Positions 36,445-49,214 of a stretch of DNA of 64,000 nucleotides are shown here, piece after piece (within the stretch, counting starts at the first letter, position 1; each line of letters begins with the position of its first letter). Both the position numbers and the translations under genes were made by a program. The notes under the pieces are model-generated. The model had not been told where the DNA came from. It searched no databases and saw only the letters and a list, made by a program, of their open reading frames with translations. This DNA comes from Cetorhinus maximus (lineage: Eukaryota), in contig NC_135901.1 in the NCBI RefSeq assembly GCF_964194155.1, positions 24,118,001 to 24,182,000 on the forward strand. Reading direction: 5' to 3'.

Positions 36445-38030
36445 TGAAGTAAGAGGCCATGTCCACTGGACCTGTTAAAGCCACATTACTGTTAAACTCA
36501 TTGGGGTTTATGTGGACTGTATCAGAATGGTGCTGTGTCTTTGTTTCTCCATGAGAGCTGTAACATCCTTTTGAAATACCCACCACAATATTTAGCCCAG
36601 AAATCTGAGGTAATTGTGATCACAACCCTTCAAACCGTTGCAGACAGAATCTCCAACTATTTTGAAAGATCTTTTGGTTGTAACTCCCTCAGGGAAAACC
36701 AACCACTCTGGCAAAACACAGCTTCTCTACAACAGAAAGGAAGCCACTCACCCTCCAATTCAAATGCCACAGGAGTTAGTGAAGAGGGTGATAGTAATAA
36801 CCAAGCAGACTGATTCAGCAGGAAAGTTGCTCCAGAAGGGATTCCATGGGATCTACCCAAAACTCCATCATTGGCACCAGTATGACAGACTCCAGTTAAG
36901 GCTGATGTAAAAACTTGTCAGGACCATGACCTGATGTGACTCTGGTCAAGGAGGCTGTACACTATAGGAAAGTCTTCCCCTCATCCCTCGCAGCAAGTAA
37001 TGATTTACCCATCCTATATCATAAGGTTTTCTACCACAAGGATGGCTCTAATTTGATTTGAATCACATCTCAATGCCTTAGAATTTTGTTCATGGATCAA
37101 ATTAGGGGAGTGTTTCTCTGTTTCAAGTCCTCGATTTGTTACATAATTACTAATGGTGGCTGAGGATGCACCATGATGTCCACCACCACCCGAATCTGCA
37201 TCTCATCTGTGTCCAAATTAAGCAAGCCTCTGCCAAATGAAAGGTGCCATTAGCATGTCCCATCTTAATGATGTCCCTGGGAAACATTGCAGATTGATTA
37301 TAGAGTCCCACAACCCACAGTAAAAGGAGGTGACTGGTATATCCTGGTAGTTATAGATATGTTTACCTGGTGGATTGAAGCTTTCACTGTCTGTAAAATT
37401 GATGCAGTCACTACAGTTGAAATCTTGTGGGAACAGATCTTAATCAGATGGGGCTTTCTGAAAAGGATAGAGGGTGATAATGGTTCTCATTTCACTGCAG
37501 ACATAATACAGCAGCTCTTTCATCTTGTGGGTATGGGACAACATTTCAACATCCCCTACCACCCAGAATCCAGTGGAATGGTCGAGAGCTTTAATCACTC
37601 TGTAGAAACAACACTAAAAAAGCTATCATGAAGGGAGCTGATGATCTGGTCAAGCCCAATGACTGGGTCACTGTCTTGCCTCTTGCCTGGCGTCTTAATG
37701 ACCATTCACTCCACCCCTGTTCACTCCCCTGGTCACAGACCATTTCAGCACATGACAGGTCTGCAAATCCAGATTGTGAATTCCCCCCACCGGGGTCCCA
37801 CTCCCACTACTACTCGACAGACTCACAAACAGTTTCTCCAGAACCTCCCTGTTAGAGGTAGTGGAGAAGATGTTGCTGCTCATCTCAAAACTCCAGGGAG
37901 AACCACCTCAGCCGTTACATTAACTGTTCAATGGGAGATAAATTCATGTTAAAAACATTGCTAAAATGGGGTGGGGCTGGGAAACCAATTGGGAAGGTCT
38001 ACATGATGTTCTGAACAATTGGTAGAATCA
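36445..38030 (+). mobile_element. Degraded retroviral-type pol (RNase H and integrase)
   Basis: LAQKSEVIVIT (RNase H-like); QIDY, VVIDMFTWWIEAF, GDNGSHFT, PYHPESSGMVE; WEGLHDVL (GPY/F-like) near 37990. Confidence 0.8.
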
Positions 38031-38179
38031 AATCTTATATTCAGTAATTGGAAACAAGGAAAGGAAACACAATATCTATATTGCCAAGGAGATCAGTGTT
38101 AACAGTGCAAAATGAAAAATCAGATAACCAGCTATAGAATAAATGCTTTGTTTGCTTTTATCCAACAGGAACAAGATGT

Positions 38180-38392
38180 CATAAAAGCAAAATAGTGCAG
38201 ATGCCGGAAATCTGAAACAAAAACAGAGCATGCTGGAAAAACTCAGCAGGTCTGACAGCATCTGTGGAGACACAAAAACAGAGTTAACATTTAGAGTCTG
38301 TATGACTCTTTCAGAGCTAAAGGGAAGTAGAAATGTGATTAAATTTATACTGTTTAAGGTGGGGGGTGGAGCAGATGAAGCTGAATAGAAGG
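38180..38392 (-). mobile_element. Penelope terminal-repeat mini-element
   Basis: TSD acaagatgt at 38171-38179 and 38393-38401. Confidence 0.8.
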
Positions 38393-38529
38393 ACAAGATG
38401 TGGATGGTCATCATGCCCCTGGACTGTGTCCAGACTGAAGAGTTATTCCTGCCGTATGATCCTCCCCCAGATTGTGGTGCGTTGTGATTTCCTGAGGTTG
38501 TGAACAGCGTTATATCAATGCAAGTCTTT

Positions 38530-38850
38530 TTGCCAAGTTGCTGACAATGCGCACTCTCCTGATGTTGATGTCTGAAGATTTTGATTTTTTCCCCATATAC
38601 CCAAACCCAGGTCATTTCTCTATACTGGGGAGAGCAATGGTCCCAACACTGACCCTGGGGGACACCAGTGTTTACATCCCTCCAGTCTGAAGAACATCCA
38701 TTAACCATTGCTCTGTTTTTTGTCCTTTCCCAAATTCCTACCCATGCTGCCCCACTCCCTTTAATACCATGAGCTTTAACTTTATCAACAAGCCTCCTGT
38801 CCAGCACCTTATCAAACACCTTCTGACAATCCATCCACACATCTACTGGA
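38530..38850 (-). mobile_element. Old CR1 RT fragment
   Basis: MDCQKVFDKV...VKAHGIKG...GVPQG. Confidence 0.7.
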
Positions 38851-39371
38851 TTTCCTTGCTCACTGCACTGTGTTATTCCCTCAGATAATTCCTGCTGTCT
38901 GTCCTGAATGAATCCATCTCATTAACAAATGTTGAGATTCAGGGACAGACTCTCAAGTCCCTTTCCCTTATTCCTGCTGGTCTGAAGCTCACCTCAGACC
39001 CCAGGGCCAGGTTCATGGTGAAAGTGATGGTCCTGAGCTGCCTTTTGGAAAATAACCAGCAATCCAACTTGTCAGTTACAATATTTAATCGAACAAAATT
39101 GATCAAAGATTCTGATAAAATATTCTCCAAAGTTTTCTAACATGGCACTGAGATTGTTCGTGATGATTTCATCATGGTCACCATTACCTGGTGTAGCCCG
39201 GGTTTACTTTATACCCGTTCCTGCCCATCACTGTCCCTGAGGCACTTTACCCCCACCCAGAATCCCCATCCTATTGGAGAAAACTCAGTCACTGACCTGA
39301 GATTAGGTCTTTTAAAGGTGGCTCTAACAACCCAGCAGGCACCAAGAGGCAGAATCAACCCTATCTCATAA

Positions 39372-39785
39372 ACACCAGAGCCCAAAATAAAACAGTGAAC
39401 ATTATCCCCACAGACCCAAATATAAAAGTGAACATTATCCCCCAGACCCGAATATAAAACAGTGAACATTATCCCCCAGACCCCAATATAAAACAGTGAA
39501 CATTATCCCCCAGACCCGAATATAAAACAGTGAACATTATCCCCAGACCTGAATATAAAACAGTGAACATTATCCTCCAGACCCAAATATAAAAGTTAAC
39601 ATTATCCCCCAGACCCGAATATAAAACAGTGAACATTATCCCCAGACACGAATATAAACAGTGAACATTATCCCCCAGACCCGAATATTAAACAGTGAAC
39701 ATTATCCCGCAGACCTAAATATAAAACAGTAAACATTATCCCCCACCAGACCCGAATATAAAACAGTGAACATTGTACCCCAGAT
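39372..39785. repeat. ~34-bp minisatellite (aatataaaacagtgaacattatcccccagacccg), ~12 units
   Basis: Head-to-tail units without spacers. Confidence 0.92.
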
Positions 39786-39789
39786 CTGG

Positions 39790-40305
39790 AAGCTGCCCTG
39801 AGACTGTGACATTCCAATATTCCAGATGTGCTCATTCCAGGAACCGGATTTAAGGAACCGATTATTGGAGACCAGGGACACCCCTCCTTCAAACTTGCCT
39901 CATGTGAGGAACTGCACCAATGAGGTTCAGGAATGATACAACCAGAGTCACATAACCACCAGGTGCATCATCGAGCAAAGCATCACAATGTTGAAGATGT
40001 GTCTCAGGTGTCTGGATAGGTCTGGAGGTGATCTTCAGTACTCGGCAGCCAGGGACTCCAGAATAATAGTGACACGCTGCACCCTCACAACATTGTACAA
40101 CAGAGGAGGGGGAGGGATAGACTCGGCTAGTGGGAGATGAGGCAGCTTGTCAGGTACTGCCTCGGGGTGGTGGGTGAGGCTGGTTAAAGGGTCAGAAGTG
40201 AGAACGCTTTGAGTGGAGTTCCCACTTGCATGTCTCCTTTCTCCATCATCCCTCTCCTGGACCAGCGTCACATCATTTCTTCCACTGTGCTGCAGACCAG
40301 CTGGT
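39790..40305 (+). mobile_element. Harbinger/PIF DNA transposon remnant
   Basis: GDQGHP near 39868 and TRCIIEQSITMLKMCLRCLDRSGGDLQYS at ~39958-40045 match the Harbinger DDE C-terminus; convergent second-gene remnant at 40120-40305. Confidence 0.75.
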
Positions 40306-41010
40306 ATCATCCTGGTCAATCTTCTCTGCACCCTCCAGTGTCTCTGTATCCTTTTCATAATATGGTGATCAGAACTGTACGCTGTGTGGTCTCACCAAGG
40401 CTTGATACAGATTCAGCATAACTTCTGTATATTTCAATTCTATCCCTTTGAAATAAATCCTAATGCTTGGTTTGCTTTTTTATGGCCTTGTTAACCTGGG
40501 GCACAACTTTTATTGTTTGGTGTGTTTGTACTCTGAGTTCCCTTTGTTCCTCTACTCCACCCAGACTCACACCTTTTCCTACCAGGGATGTGAAGCTGAC
40601 TGGTCTATAATTCCCTGGGCATTTTCTGTCTACCATTTTAAATATAGGAGTTACATTAGCTATTTTCCAGTCTTCATGCGCTACACCTTTTTAATGAATG
40701 ATTAAATCTGTGTAGTGAGGCTTCTGCTATCTCTTCCCTAGATTTAAAAAAATCTGTGGTTGCAATCCATTCGGATCCGAGACTTTATTCTCTTTGAGTT
40801 TGATTTGTTTCTTTAATACAGCCCCTTTCTGGACTTTAAATTGACTTATCTCATGACTCATCTCATCATTCAATGTCACATCTCCCTGTTCTATCTCCCT
40901 GGTAAGTACTGAAACACAATAATTATTGAATATTTCTGTCATCTCTCTATCATTCCCTGTGGTATTTTCCTGCCTAATCCCTTAATGATCCTATTCCCAT
41001 TCCAGCCTTC
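40306..41010 (-). mobile_element. Degenerate CR1 fragments
   Basis: RIQRHWRVQRRLTRMIP; EIFNNYCVSVLTRE...LKENKVSDPNGLQP. Confidence 0.7.
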
Positions 41011-41199
41011 CAATTTACTGATGTTGTCAACATCCTTCCACCTACATAAGATGGTGGACGTACAGCAAATCAAACTGTTGGGGATGGGGGAGCTTCATAT
41101 GGTTCACTTTAGAGGCAGGTTCTGCCACATATGGCACATATGAAATGGTTCTCAGGTGCGGTTGTGGGTTGTTGTTTTCAGTGTTGGCACCTGTTGCCA

Positions 41200-42080
41200 A
41201 GCCACTATAATGACCGTCCTCCATCCTGTGAACATACCCGAGCCAGTGAAGTCACCTCTGCTTGATGAGAGCCAGAATACTTGGGAGATTTGTCTTTGAG
41301 AGGACTGCCACATTCCTGATTCTTTCCCTGAGACGCCCAGAATGTGCTGAAAACAGCGAAGGTGAAAGTTGTTAAGCTTCCTTTCCTGATCACTGTAAAT
41401 CGTCCATGTTTCACAGGCAGACAAGGTGCTGAGGACACAGGCGTCATAAACCAGCATCTTGATGCTGAGAGGCAGCTTGATGTTATTCCATGGACAATTC
41501 GTGAGTCGGCCAGAAGTGGAACTGCTTTCCCTATTCGTGTATTGAGCTCTGCATTGAGAAACAGATTGTCTGTCACTGTGGACCCAAGGTCATAGATTTC
41601 ACTGACCACTTCCAGCGTGGTGTTATTTAGTGTGATATTTAGGGTGGAGATGTGACCCAAACCACAGTTTTCTTGATGTTTACAGTAAGGGAGAACAAGT
41701 TACAGACATGGGAGAGACAGTGCATGAGTCTTTGTAGCTGAGTTTCTGTGTGAGTCAGTAGCATGGCATCATCACTGTAGCAGAGGTCTGTGAACGAGAC
41801 AGGCTGTATTTTTTTGACTTCACTTTCAGACTGGACAGGTTATAGAGTTTGCCATCTGATCGAGTATGCAGGGAAACTCCTTCCATATCTGCAGGGAAGG
41901 CCAAGGTCAGGAACATGGAGAAGAAAATACCAAACAAAGTGGGGGCTAGGACACGGCCCTGTTTCACTCCATCCTTCACCCTGAAACTGTCAGAGCCATC
42001 AAACTGTACAGTACAGGGTATGTTGTTATGAAAGGAGTGGATGAGACTGAGGAGCTTTGATGGACAAAGGTCTTGTTGCA
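41200..42080 (-). mobile_element. RTE-clade LINE RT fragment
   Basis: GVKQGRVLAPTLFGIFFS, LEVVSEIYDLGS, RIGKA, ACETWT, FHLRCFQHILG. Confidence 0.85.
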
Positions 42081-42714
42081 ATCTCCTCTGTCACCTTTGT
42101 TTTTGTATATGATGATGATTTTTGTGTCACTCATGTCCTATAGAATGGATCCTACCTTCCAACAGAGAAGAAATAAATCATGAAGATACAGCAGTAAACA
42201 GGACTTGCTGTGCTTGAGACATCCTTGTCGGCTGTCTTTCAGTTTGTCCAACTCAACCATGACAGGAAGGTGCGGAAAATAGTTAAATGGAGATTGAGAG
42301 ATGTCTCTCTCATGAGAGTTCCTTGATAATTTAATTTCAGAATGAAGTTGTCACTGTATGTAATGTGCAAGAAAGTCAGAATTGTCAGCAAGGATTAATC
42401 AGCATTTTCTGTTTAGAGATGTTAATCAGTGGAACCTTCCAGACATTGAATTGTAGAGTTTGCACCAAAGATTAATTTTGGATTGAAGTAAAAGTTCATA
42501 ATTTTATTGTTAATAGTTCCTGGTGAGAGTTCTTGAGTTAAAGGGAAAGATCACTGACAGTGATTTTAAAAAGGGACATTGCAACCCTGAAAATCAGTGA
42601 CATCTCCAGAATATTAAAGTCCAGCCAGTGATAGGGATTGTTAACATCAGCAGAAACAAACCCAGACTAGCAATCCAGGATGTGATTAACAGCAGCAAAA
42701 TCCAACTCCTGCAG

Positions 42715-43650
42715 TCACTTATGAAGTCGCTCATGTGTCACGAGACTGCAGGAGTGAGTGAATCCCTTCCCACACACAGAGCAGGTGAACGGTCTCTCTC
42801 CAGTGTGAACTCGCTGGTGTGCAGAGAGAGCAGATGAACATCTGAACCTCTTTCCACAGTCAGTGCAGCTGAATGGCTTCTCATCAGTGTGAATTTGGTG
42901 TGACTTAAGGGTAGATGATACAGTGAATCTCTTTCCACACGCAGAGCAGGTGAATGGTCTCTCCCCACTGTGAACTCGCTGGTGTTCAACAAGGGCGTAT
43001 GACTGCTTGAAACTCTTCCCGCAGGAAGTGCAGCTGAACGGCCTCTCCCCGGTGTGAACTCGCTGATGACTCACCAGGCTTGATGACTGAGTAAATCCCT
43101 GCCCACACACTGAGCAGGTGAATGGCTTCTCCCCAGTGTGAACTCGCTGGTGTTCTTCGAGGGCGGATGAATACCTGAACCTCTTTCCACAGGAAGTGCA
43201 GCTGAATGGCTTCTCCTCAGAGTGAATTCGCTGGTGAGTAACCAGGTTGGATGACTTTGTGAATCCCTTCCCACACATGGAGCAGGTGAACGGTCTCTCC
43301 CCAGTGTGAACTCGCTGATGTTGATTGAGGTCAGATGAAGACCTGAACCTCTTTCCACAGGAAATGCAGCTGAATGGCCTCTCCTCAGTGTGAATTCGCC
43401 GGTGCAACATTAGGCAGGTAGGCTGAGTAAATCCCTTGCCACACACAGAACAGATGAACGGCCTCTCCCCAGTTTGACTGCGTCGATGGTTTTCCAGCAG
43501 GGATGGATAATTGAAACCTTTACCACAGTCCTCACATTTCCATTGTTTTTCCACTGTGATGGCCCAGATGTGACTGCGTCGATGATATTCCAGCCGGGAT
43601 CTATAACTGAATCCTTTACCACAGTCCTCGCATTTCCACGGTTTCTCCAT
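42715..43650 (-). CDS. Tandem C2H2 zinc-finger protein, 11 fingers, open frame (311 aa)
   Basis: ATG 43650 [12 protein letters not shown]; open to TGA; one finger has short HQIH spacing; acceptor near 44040 and promoter module upstream. Confidence 0.88.
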   Translation of the reverse strand: MEKPWKCEDCGKGFSYRSRLEYHRRSHIWAITVEKQWKCEDCGKGFNYPSLLENHRRSQTGERPFICSVCGKGFTQPTCLMLHRRIHTEERPFSCISCGKRFRSSSDLNQHQRVHTGERPFTCSMCGKGFTKSSNLVTHQRIHSEEKPFSCTSCGKRFRYSSALEEHQRVHTGEKPFTCSVCGQGFTQSSSLVSHQRVHTGERPFSCTSCGKSFKQSYALVEHQRVHSGERPFTCSACGKRFTVSSTLKSHQIHTDEKPFSCTDCGKRFRCSSALSAHQRVHTGERPFTCSVCGKGFTHSCSLVTHERLHK

Positions 43651-44484
43651 GGTACCAGTATCCTTGTGTCTCTCCAGGTTGGACAATCAGTTGAAGCTTC
43701 ATCCACACATAGAACACGTGTACAGTTTCTCCCAACGGGAAATGGTGTGATGTTTTTTCAGGCTGTGTAACTTGCTAAAACCCCTTCCACAGTCAGTGCA
43801 CTGTAATGCTGTCACTCAGGGGGTCAGGGGGGAGGGGGGGGCGGGGGTGGGGGTGTCTTGGTGCTTTTCCAGTCGCACTGATGTTTGAAATCTTCTCCCA
43901 CAGACAGAACAGACAAACGTTTCATCTTCCACATTCAAAGGCCGATGATATTCAGGTCCTGGTGAACTGACTGACTGTCAGTTCTTGACATGAAGCTTGG
44001 TTTGAGTTTCCCATCTGTAAATCCTCTCCTAATATTATCCTGTAAAAGGAGATTACACAAGTCATCACTTTAAATTCAAGGCTTAGGAACTGACAATTCT
44101 AGTTTCTGTGGAACATTTTTTCCCCTTTTGTTCCCCCAAAGCTGTAAATCCCCGTCCCACACACTCTCCCTCCTCCCTGGGCTGAAATCCAAACCCATCT
44201 CACCATCTCCACCATTTCTTTTCTCCACTCCCAGTTTTCTCCCTTCCTCTCCTCTGCCTGGGTTCAGTTCTCCAGCTCCTGTCTGCAGACTGACAATAAA
44301 ATCAATGAATCTTATTGGGGTTTTGGGGCCTCCAGCGGGTGTTTCTGAATCCTCCCCGCCCACCTCCCAGGGTTTCCTTCCTTCCCACAGATCAGATTCC
44401 TCATTGATTTGAGCCCAAAGTGTAACCTCTTATTTATTGTCCCCCCTCTCCCATCCTCTGATGTGAACCATCCTCCACTCGCTG

Positions 44485-44900
44485 ACCCAGGATGGCGGCC
44501 GTTAACCTGGGCCTGTTCCCGGGAGGGAGAAGCCCCCCAGCTACAAACCAGGAGCTGACAATTATTCCTCAGGGTTTGCAGATCCACAAAGTGTTTCCAA
44601 ATCCTCCCACCCACCATCTCGCTCTAACTCCGCTTCTCCGGGACAAACAGGCGTGCCTTCTCGCAAGGCCATCAATCGCAATGCGCATGCTCCAAGCTCT
44701 TCGACACTACACCTGCGCACTGGTGTCCCGCTGTCCGGCGCATGCCCCAGCTCACGGGACTCGCCTGATAGACAGATGTTCTGGACCAATAGAGACTGGG
44801 GACGGGGCAGGAGGACAGAGCGGGAGAGGCTGGTTCTTCAACCAATCGGAGTGAATGAGGGGCGGGGCTGAGCCCGGATCTCCCTCATTGGCTGAAACTC
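44485..44900 (-). promoter_or_regulatory. ZNF promoter-like module 5
   Basis: GATGGCGGCC ~44491, TGCGCATGC ~44682, CCAAT ~44786 and ~44842, GGGCGGGGC ~44860; matches module 1 in reverse. Confidence 0.72.
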
Positions 44901-45158
44901 TGCATCATTTCAAAAGCTGATTTATTGCAAACTCCAGGAGAAAACTGGACTTTCCTGTTTGTGGCTTTAAACAGATGAAGCCCTATGGGTGTGGAGTAAA
45001 CATTTCAATATTTGTTAGTGAAATGTGGGAACATGATGAAACAATGTACAAACAATTTAAGGGCTGACTTCAAGGGCAACTGGGCAGATCGGGAATGTCA
45101 TCATTAGAATAAGGAGAGCCCCTGGTTTCAATAAATGAAGTGACAGGGCTAGGACAGA

Positions 45159-46422
45159 AACATAGAAACTAGGAGCAGAAGTAGGCATTCAGCCCTTCAA
45201 GCCTGCTTTGCCATTCATCACGATCATGGTTGATCATCCAACTCAATAGCCTGCTCCCGCATCCTGATCCTTTTAGCTCCAAGAGCTATATCTAACTTCT
45301 TCTTGAAAACATACAATGTTTTGGTCTCAACTACTTTCTGTGGTGGTGAATTCCACAGGCTCATCACTCTCTGGGTGAAGAAATTTCTCCTCATCTCAGT
45401 CCTAAGTGGTCTACCCCGTATCCTCAGACTGTGACCCCTGGTTCTGGACTTCCCCACCATCAGGAACATCCTTCCTGCATCTACCCTGTCTAGTCCTGTT
45501 AGAATTTTATAGGTTTCTATGAGATCCCCCCCTCATTCTTCTGAACTCCAGCGAATATAATCCTATCCAACTCAATCTCTCCTCATATGTCAGTCCCGCC
45601 ATCCCAGGAATCAGTCTGGTAAACCTTCGCTGCACTCCTTCTATCGCAAGAACATCCTTCCTCAGATAAGGAGACCAAAACTGTGCACAATATTCCAGGT
45701 GTGGTCTCACCAAGGGCCTGTATAATTGCAGCAAGGCATCCCTGTTCCTGTACTCGAATCCTCTGGTTATGAAGGCCAACACACCATTTGCCTTCTTTAC
45801 CCCCTGCTGCACATGCATGCTTACCTGCAGTGACTTCTGCATGAGGACACCCAGGTTTCTTGCACATTCCCCTCTCTCAATTTATAGCCATTCAGATAAT
45901 AATCTGCCTTCCTGTTTTTGCCACCAAAGTGGATAACCTCACATTTATCCACATTATACTACATCTGCCATGCATTTGCCCACTCATTCAGCTTGTCCAA
46001 TTCACACTGAAGCATCTCTGCATCCTCCTCACTGGTCACCCTCCCACCCAGCTTTGTGTCATCTGCAAATTTGGAGATATTACATTTAGTTCCCTCATCT
46101 ACATCATTAATATATATTGTGAATAGCTGGGGTCCCAGCACTGATCCCTGTGGTCCCCACTCGTCACTGCCTGTCATTCGGAAAAAGACTCATTTATTCC
46201 TACTCTTTGTTTCCTGTCTGCCAACCAGTTTTCTATCCATCTCAATACACTACCCCAAATCCCAATTTTACACGCTAATCTCTTATGTGGGACTTTGTCC
46301 TAAGCCTTCTGAAAGTCCAAATAAACCACATCCACTAGCTCCCCCTCATCAACTCTACTAGTTACATCCTCAAAAAATTCCAGTCGATTTGTCAAGCATG
46401 ATTTCCCTTTTGTAAATCCATG
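45159..46422 (-). mobile_element. 5'-truncated CR1 LINE
   Basis: PQGSVLGPQLF, KFADDTK, RPHLEYCAQFW; absent from the paralogous site near 4785. Confidence 0.93.
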
Positions 46423-46443
46423 CAGGTTAGGGAGAAGGTTAAT

Positions 46444-46833
46444 GAAGTTCAGCTCTTCTCTCTGACGGGATTTCCGTTTGTCCCTTTCACCATTTTCACC
46501 TTAATTGTTTGCCATTTTCCTCCTAGTGTTTGACAAGGTGTTTACCAAAACTCAAACACTACCATTAACACTCCCACTGTCCTGTGCCTTGTCAAACTTC
46601 TCCTTGGCTCCCCCAAATCCTGACCTTCCATTTTGCTCCACCTGCTTCACCCTTCTTAAACAGTTTAAAATCCATCACATTTCTATTCCTATTTAGATCT
46701 GAAGAAGGGTCCTACAGACTCAAAATGTTCACTCCGTTTCTCTCTCCACAGATGATGCCAGACCTGCTGAGTTTTTCCAGCATTTTCTGGTTTCATTTTA
46801 GATTTCCAGCATCTGCAGTATTTTGCTTTTATC
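46444..46833 (+). mobile_element. Penelope 3' fragment with degenerate hammerhead
   Basis: ctgaagaagggtcctacagactcaaaatg at ~46699; TSD ttagggagaag(g/a)ttaat at 46427-46443 and 46834-46850. Confidence 0.82.
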
Positions 46834-47925
46834 TTAGGGAGAAGATTAATACTGTCATCATTCAGAACAGCACAGATTATAAAGGAATAACTGATCTCAA
46901 AGAAAATCTCTTGTAGTTTGTGTGGAGCAGATGTGCTGAATCAGTTTTAAAGGAGTTAAATTATCTATGTTTTCTAGATTGGACAATCACGTTAAAATGT
47001 GGAACACAGATGGGCTATCAATTGGTGTGTTGTGGGAAGATCTGGATCCAAGTGATAGGGTTTCAGAACTGATTCTTGTTAAAACAGCAATTCCATGGCT
47101 ATCTGATGGAAGTATTTAAAGTGGAGAACATAGTTGTGTTGGAGGATGATGTACACAAGGAATTTGTGAACAATCTGAGGAAAATAGTGAGGGGAAAGAA
47201 AGGGATCTTCAAAACAGCAGAGACTTCATGTTGTTCCAGAAGAAGTGGGCCCTGGATGTGTAGATGTCAGGTTTTACACAGCACACGGTCAGCCTGTAGT
47301 TTCACTCTGGATGAAGAATCTCTGAATGGTACCATTCAAATCACTCAATGAGATTCTCAGAGAACCAACATCGTCTGCTCAGACAGAGGAAGGTTTGTGT
47401 TACAGCTAATGAGAAGCAGCACACACACTCACAGACACCTATGAACACACAACCACATTCTCATACACAGAGAACCACATTCACACACTCACACAGGAAT
47501 ACTTCCTGTCCCATCAGGTGGACAAGAGCAGACTGCCTCATACTGAGGATAAAGTATCAGTGTCTGTAAGGACCACAACTTTAGAGGAACTCAAGTAAAC
47601 ATTATCCTCCACTGACTATGAGTGCTTTTGTTCAAGCAATTCCACTGCTTTCTCTGAACCTTAAATCAACATTAAATAACATTTGGGACATAGGAAACAA
47701 CAAACAATAACATTGAACATTCTATTGTCATGCTGGGTGATCATCCCCATTGGGAGATAGTGTAAAATACAAAACAACATTCTGAGATAGTCACAGCATC
47801 TACTTTCCTCCTGGTTTGCTTGATGGAGTGAATGCTAAGACAGGTTACAATGACAAAGAATATAATTGAAATGCAAATAGTCATTCGGCAGTACAGAACT
47901 TAAATATTGCTGAAGAAAGACCATG

Positions 47926-47959
47926 TGTCGAAGCTTTTCATCTTGTATTCATCAGGACA
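47926..47959 (-). ncRNA. Minimal type I hammerhead motif of a second family
   Basis: TGTC CTGATGA ATACAAGAT GAAA AGCT TC GACA: stem I TGTC/GACA, canonical core, palindromic AGCU; stem II weak. Confidence 0.6.
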
Positions 47960-48004
47960 ATTCGCAAGAGTGCCAAATGTAAAAGGAACAACAATTTATA
48001 TTTC

Positions 48005-48722
48005 ATAGAGTCTTAGTGTTTTACAGCACAGAAAGAGGCCCTTCGGCCCATCATGTCCATGCCAGCCATCAAGCCCCTATCTACTCTAATCCCATTTTCC
48101 AGCACTTGGCCCATAGTCTTGTATGCTATGGCGTTTCAAGTGGTCATCTAAATACTTCTTAATTGTTGAGAAGGTTCCCGCCTCTACTACCCCCTCAGGC
48201 AGAGTTCCAGATACTCCACACCCTCTGGGTGAAAAAAAAATCCTCAAATCCCCTCTAAACCTCCTGCCCCTTACCTTAAATCTATGCCCACTGGTTATTG
48301 GCCCCTCCACTAAGGGGAAAGGTTTCTTCCTATCTACCAACCTCATAATTTTGTACACCTCAATCAGCCTTCTCTGCTCTAAGGAAAACAACCTCAGCCT
48401 ATCTAGTCTCTCGTCATAGCTGAAATGCTCCAGCCCAGGCAACATCTTGGTGAATCTCCTCTGCACCCTCTCCAGTGCAATCACATCCTTCTTATTGTGT
48501 GGTGACCAGAGCTCCACTCCAGCTGTGGCCTAAGTAACATTTTATACAACTCCAACATAACCTCCCTGCTGTTGTATTCAATGCCTCGACTAATAAAGGC
48601 AAGTATCCCCCATGCCTTCTTACCACCTTATACACCTGTCCTGCTGCCTTCAAGGATCTATGGACATGGACACCAAGGTCCCTCTCATCCTCTGTAATTC
48701 CTAGGGTCTTACTATTCAACTC
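48005..48722 (-). mobile_element. CR1 3' part
   Basis: ERDLGVHVHRSLK, ALERVQRRFTKMLPG. Confidence 0.9.
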
Positions 48723-48734
48723 CATTCCTCAATA

Positions 48735-49205
48735 CCCTGTCTGACTCAGTCTCGGTGCTACCACGATCCACAGCGAAAGTGAAAAAGCCATTCAACAGCT
48801 GAGAAATGGCACAGCCTCTGGAGCAGATGGAATTTCTGCTGAAATTCTGAAACACGGCGGTGTTACGCTCCTGGCATAGTTCCACAACCTCATATTCCTG
48901 ATCTGGGAAGAAAGATGCATGTCAGGGGATCTCTGGGACAGTCTGGTTGTGAATATATTTAAGAAGGGAGACAAGTCCAAATGCAGTAATTACAGAGGAG
49001 ACTCTCTGCTGCCTGCCACTGGAAAGATCATTGCAAGGAATCTCCTCAATCACCTTCTCTTAGTGGCCAAAGAGCTCCTTCCAGAGTCACAGTGCGGTTT
49101 TCCCCCATTGAGAAGCACCACAGACATAATCTTCACTGTGCGGCAAACCCCCCAAAAATTCAAGGAACAGCATCAATCACTGTACTTGGCCTTTTTGTCC
49201 TCACA
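48735..49205 (+). mobile_element. RTE-clade LINE fragment
   Basis: GADGISAEILKHGG, IFKKGDKSKCSNYRG, LLPESQCGF. Confidence 0.8.
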
Positions 49206-49214
49206 GAAGACATT

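Noticed and set aside
38076-38840. 254-aa ORF
   Set aside because: Chimera of degenerate CR1 and a Penelope terminal repeat.
39372-39785. CRISPR array
   Set aside because: Units are head-to-tail with no unique spacers, there are no cas genes, and the context is eukaryotic.
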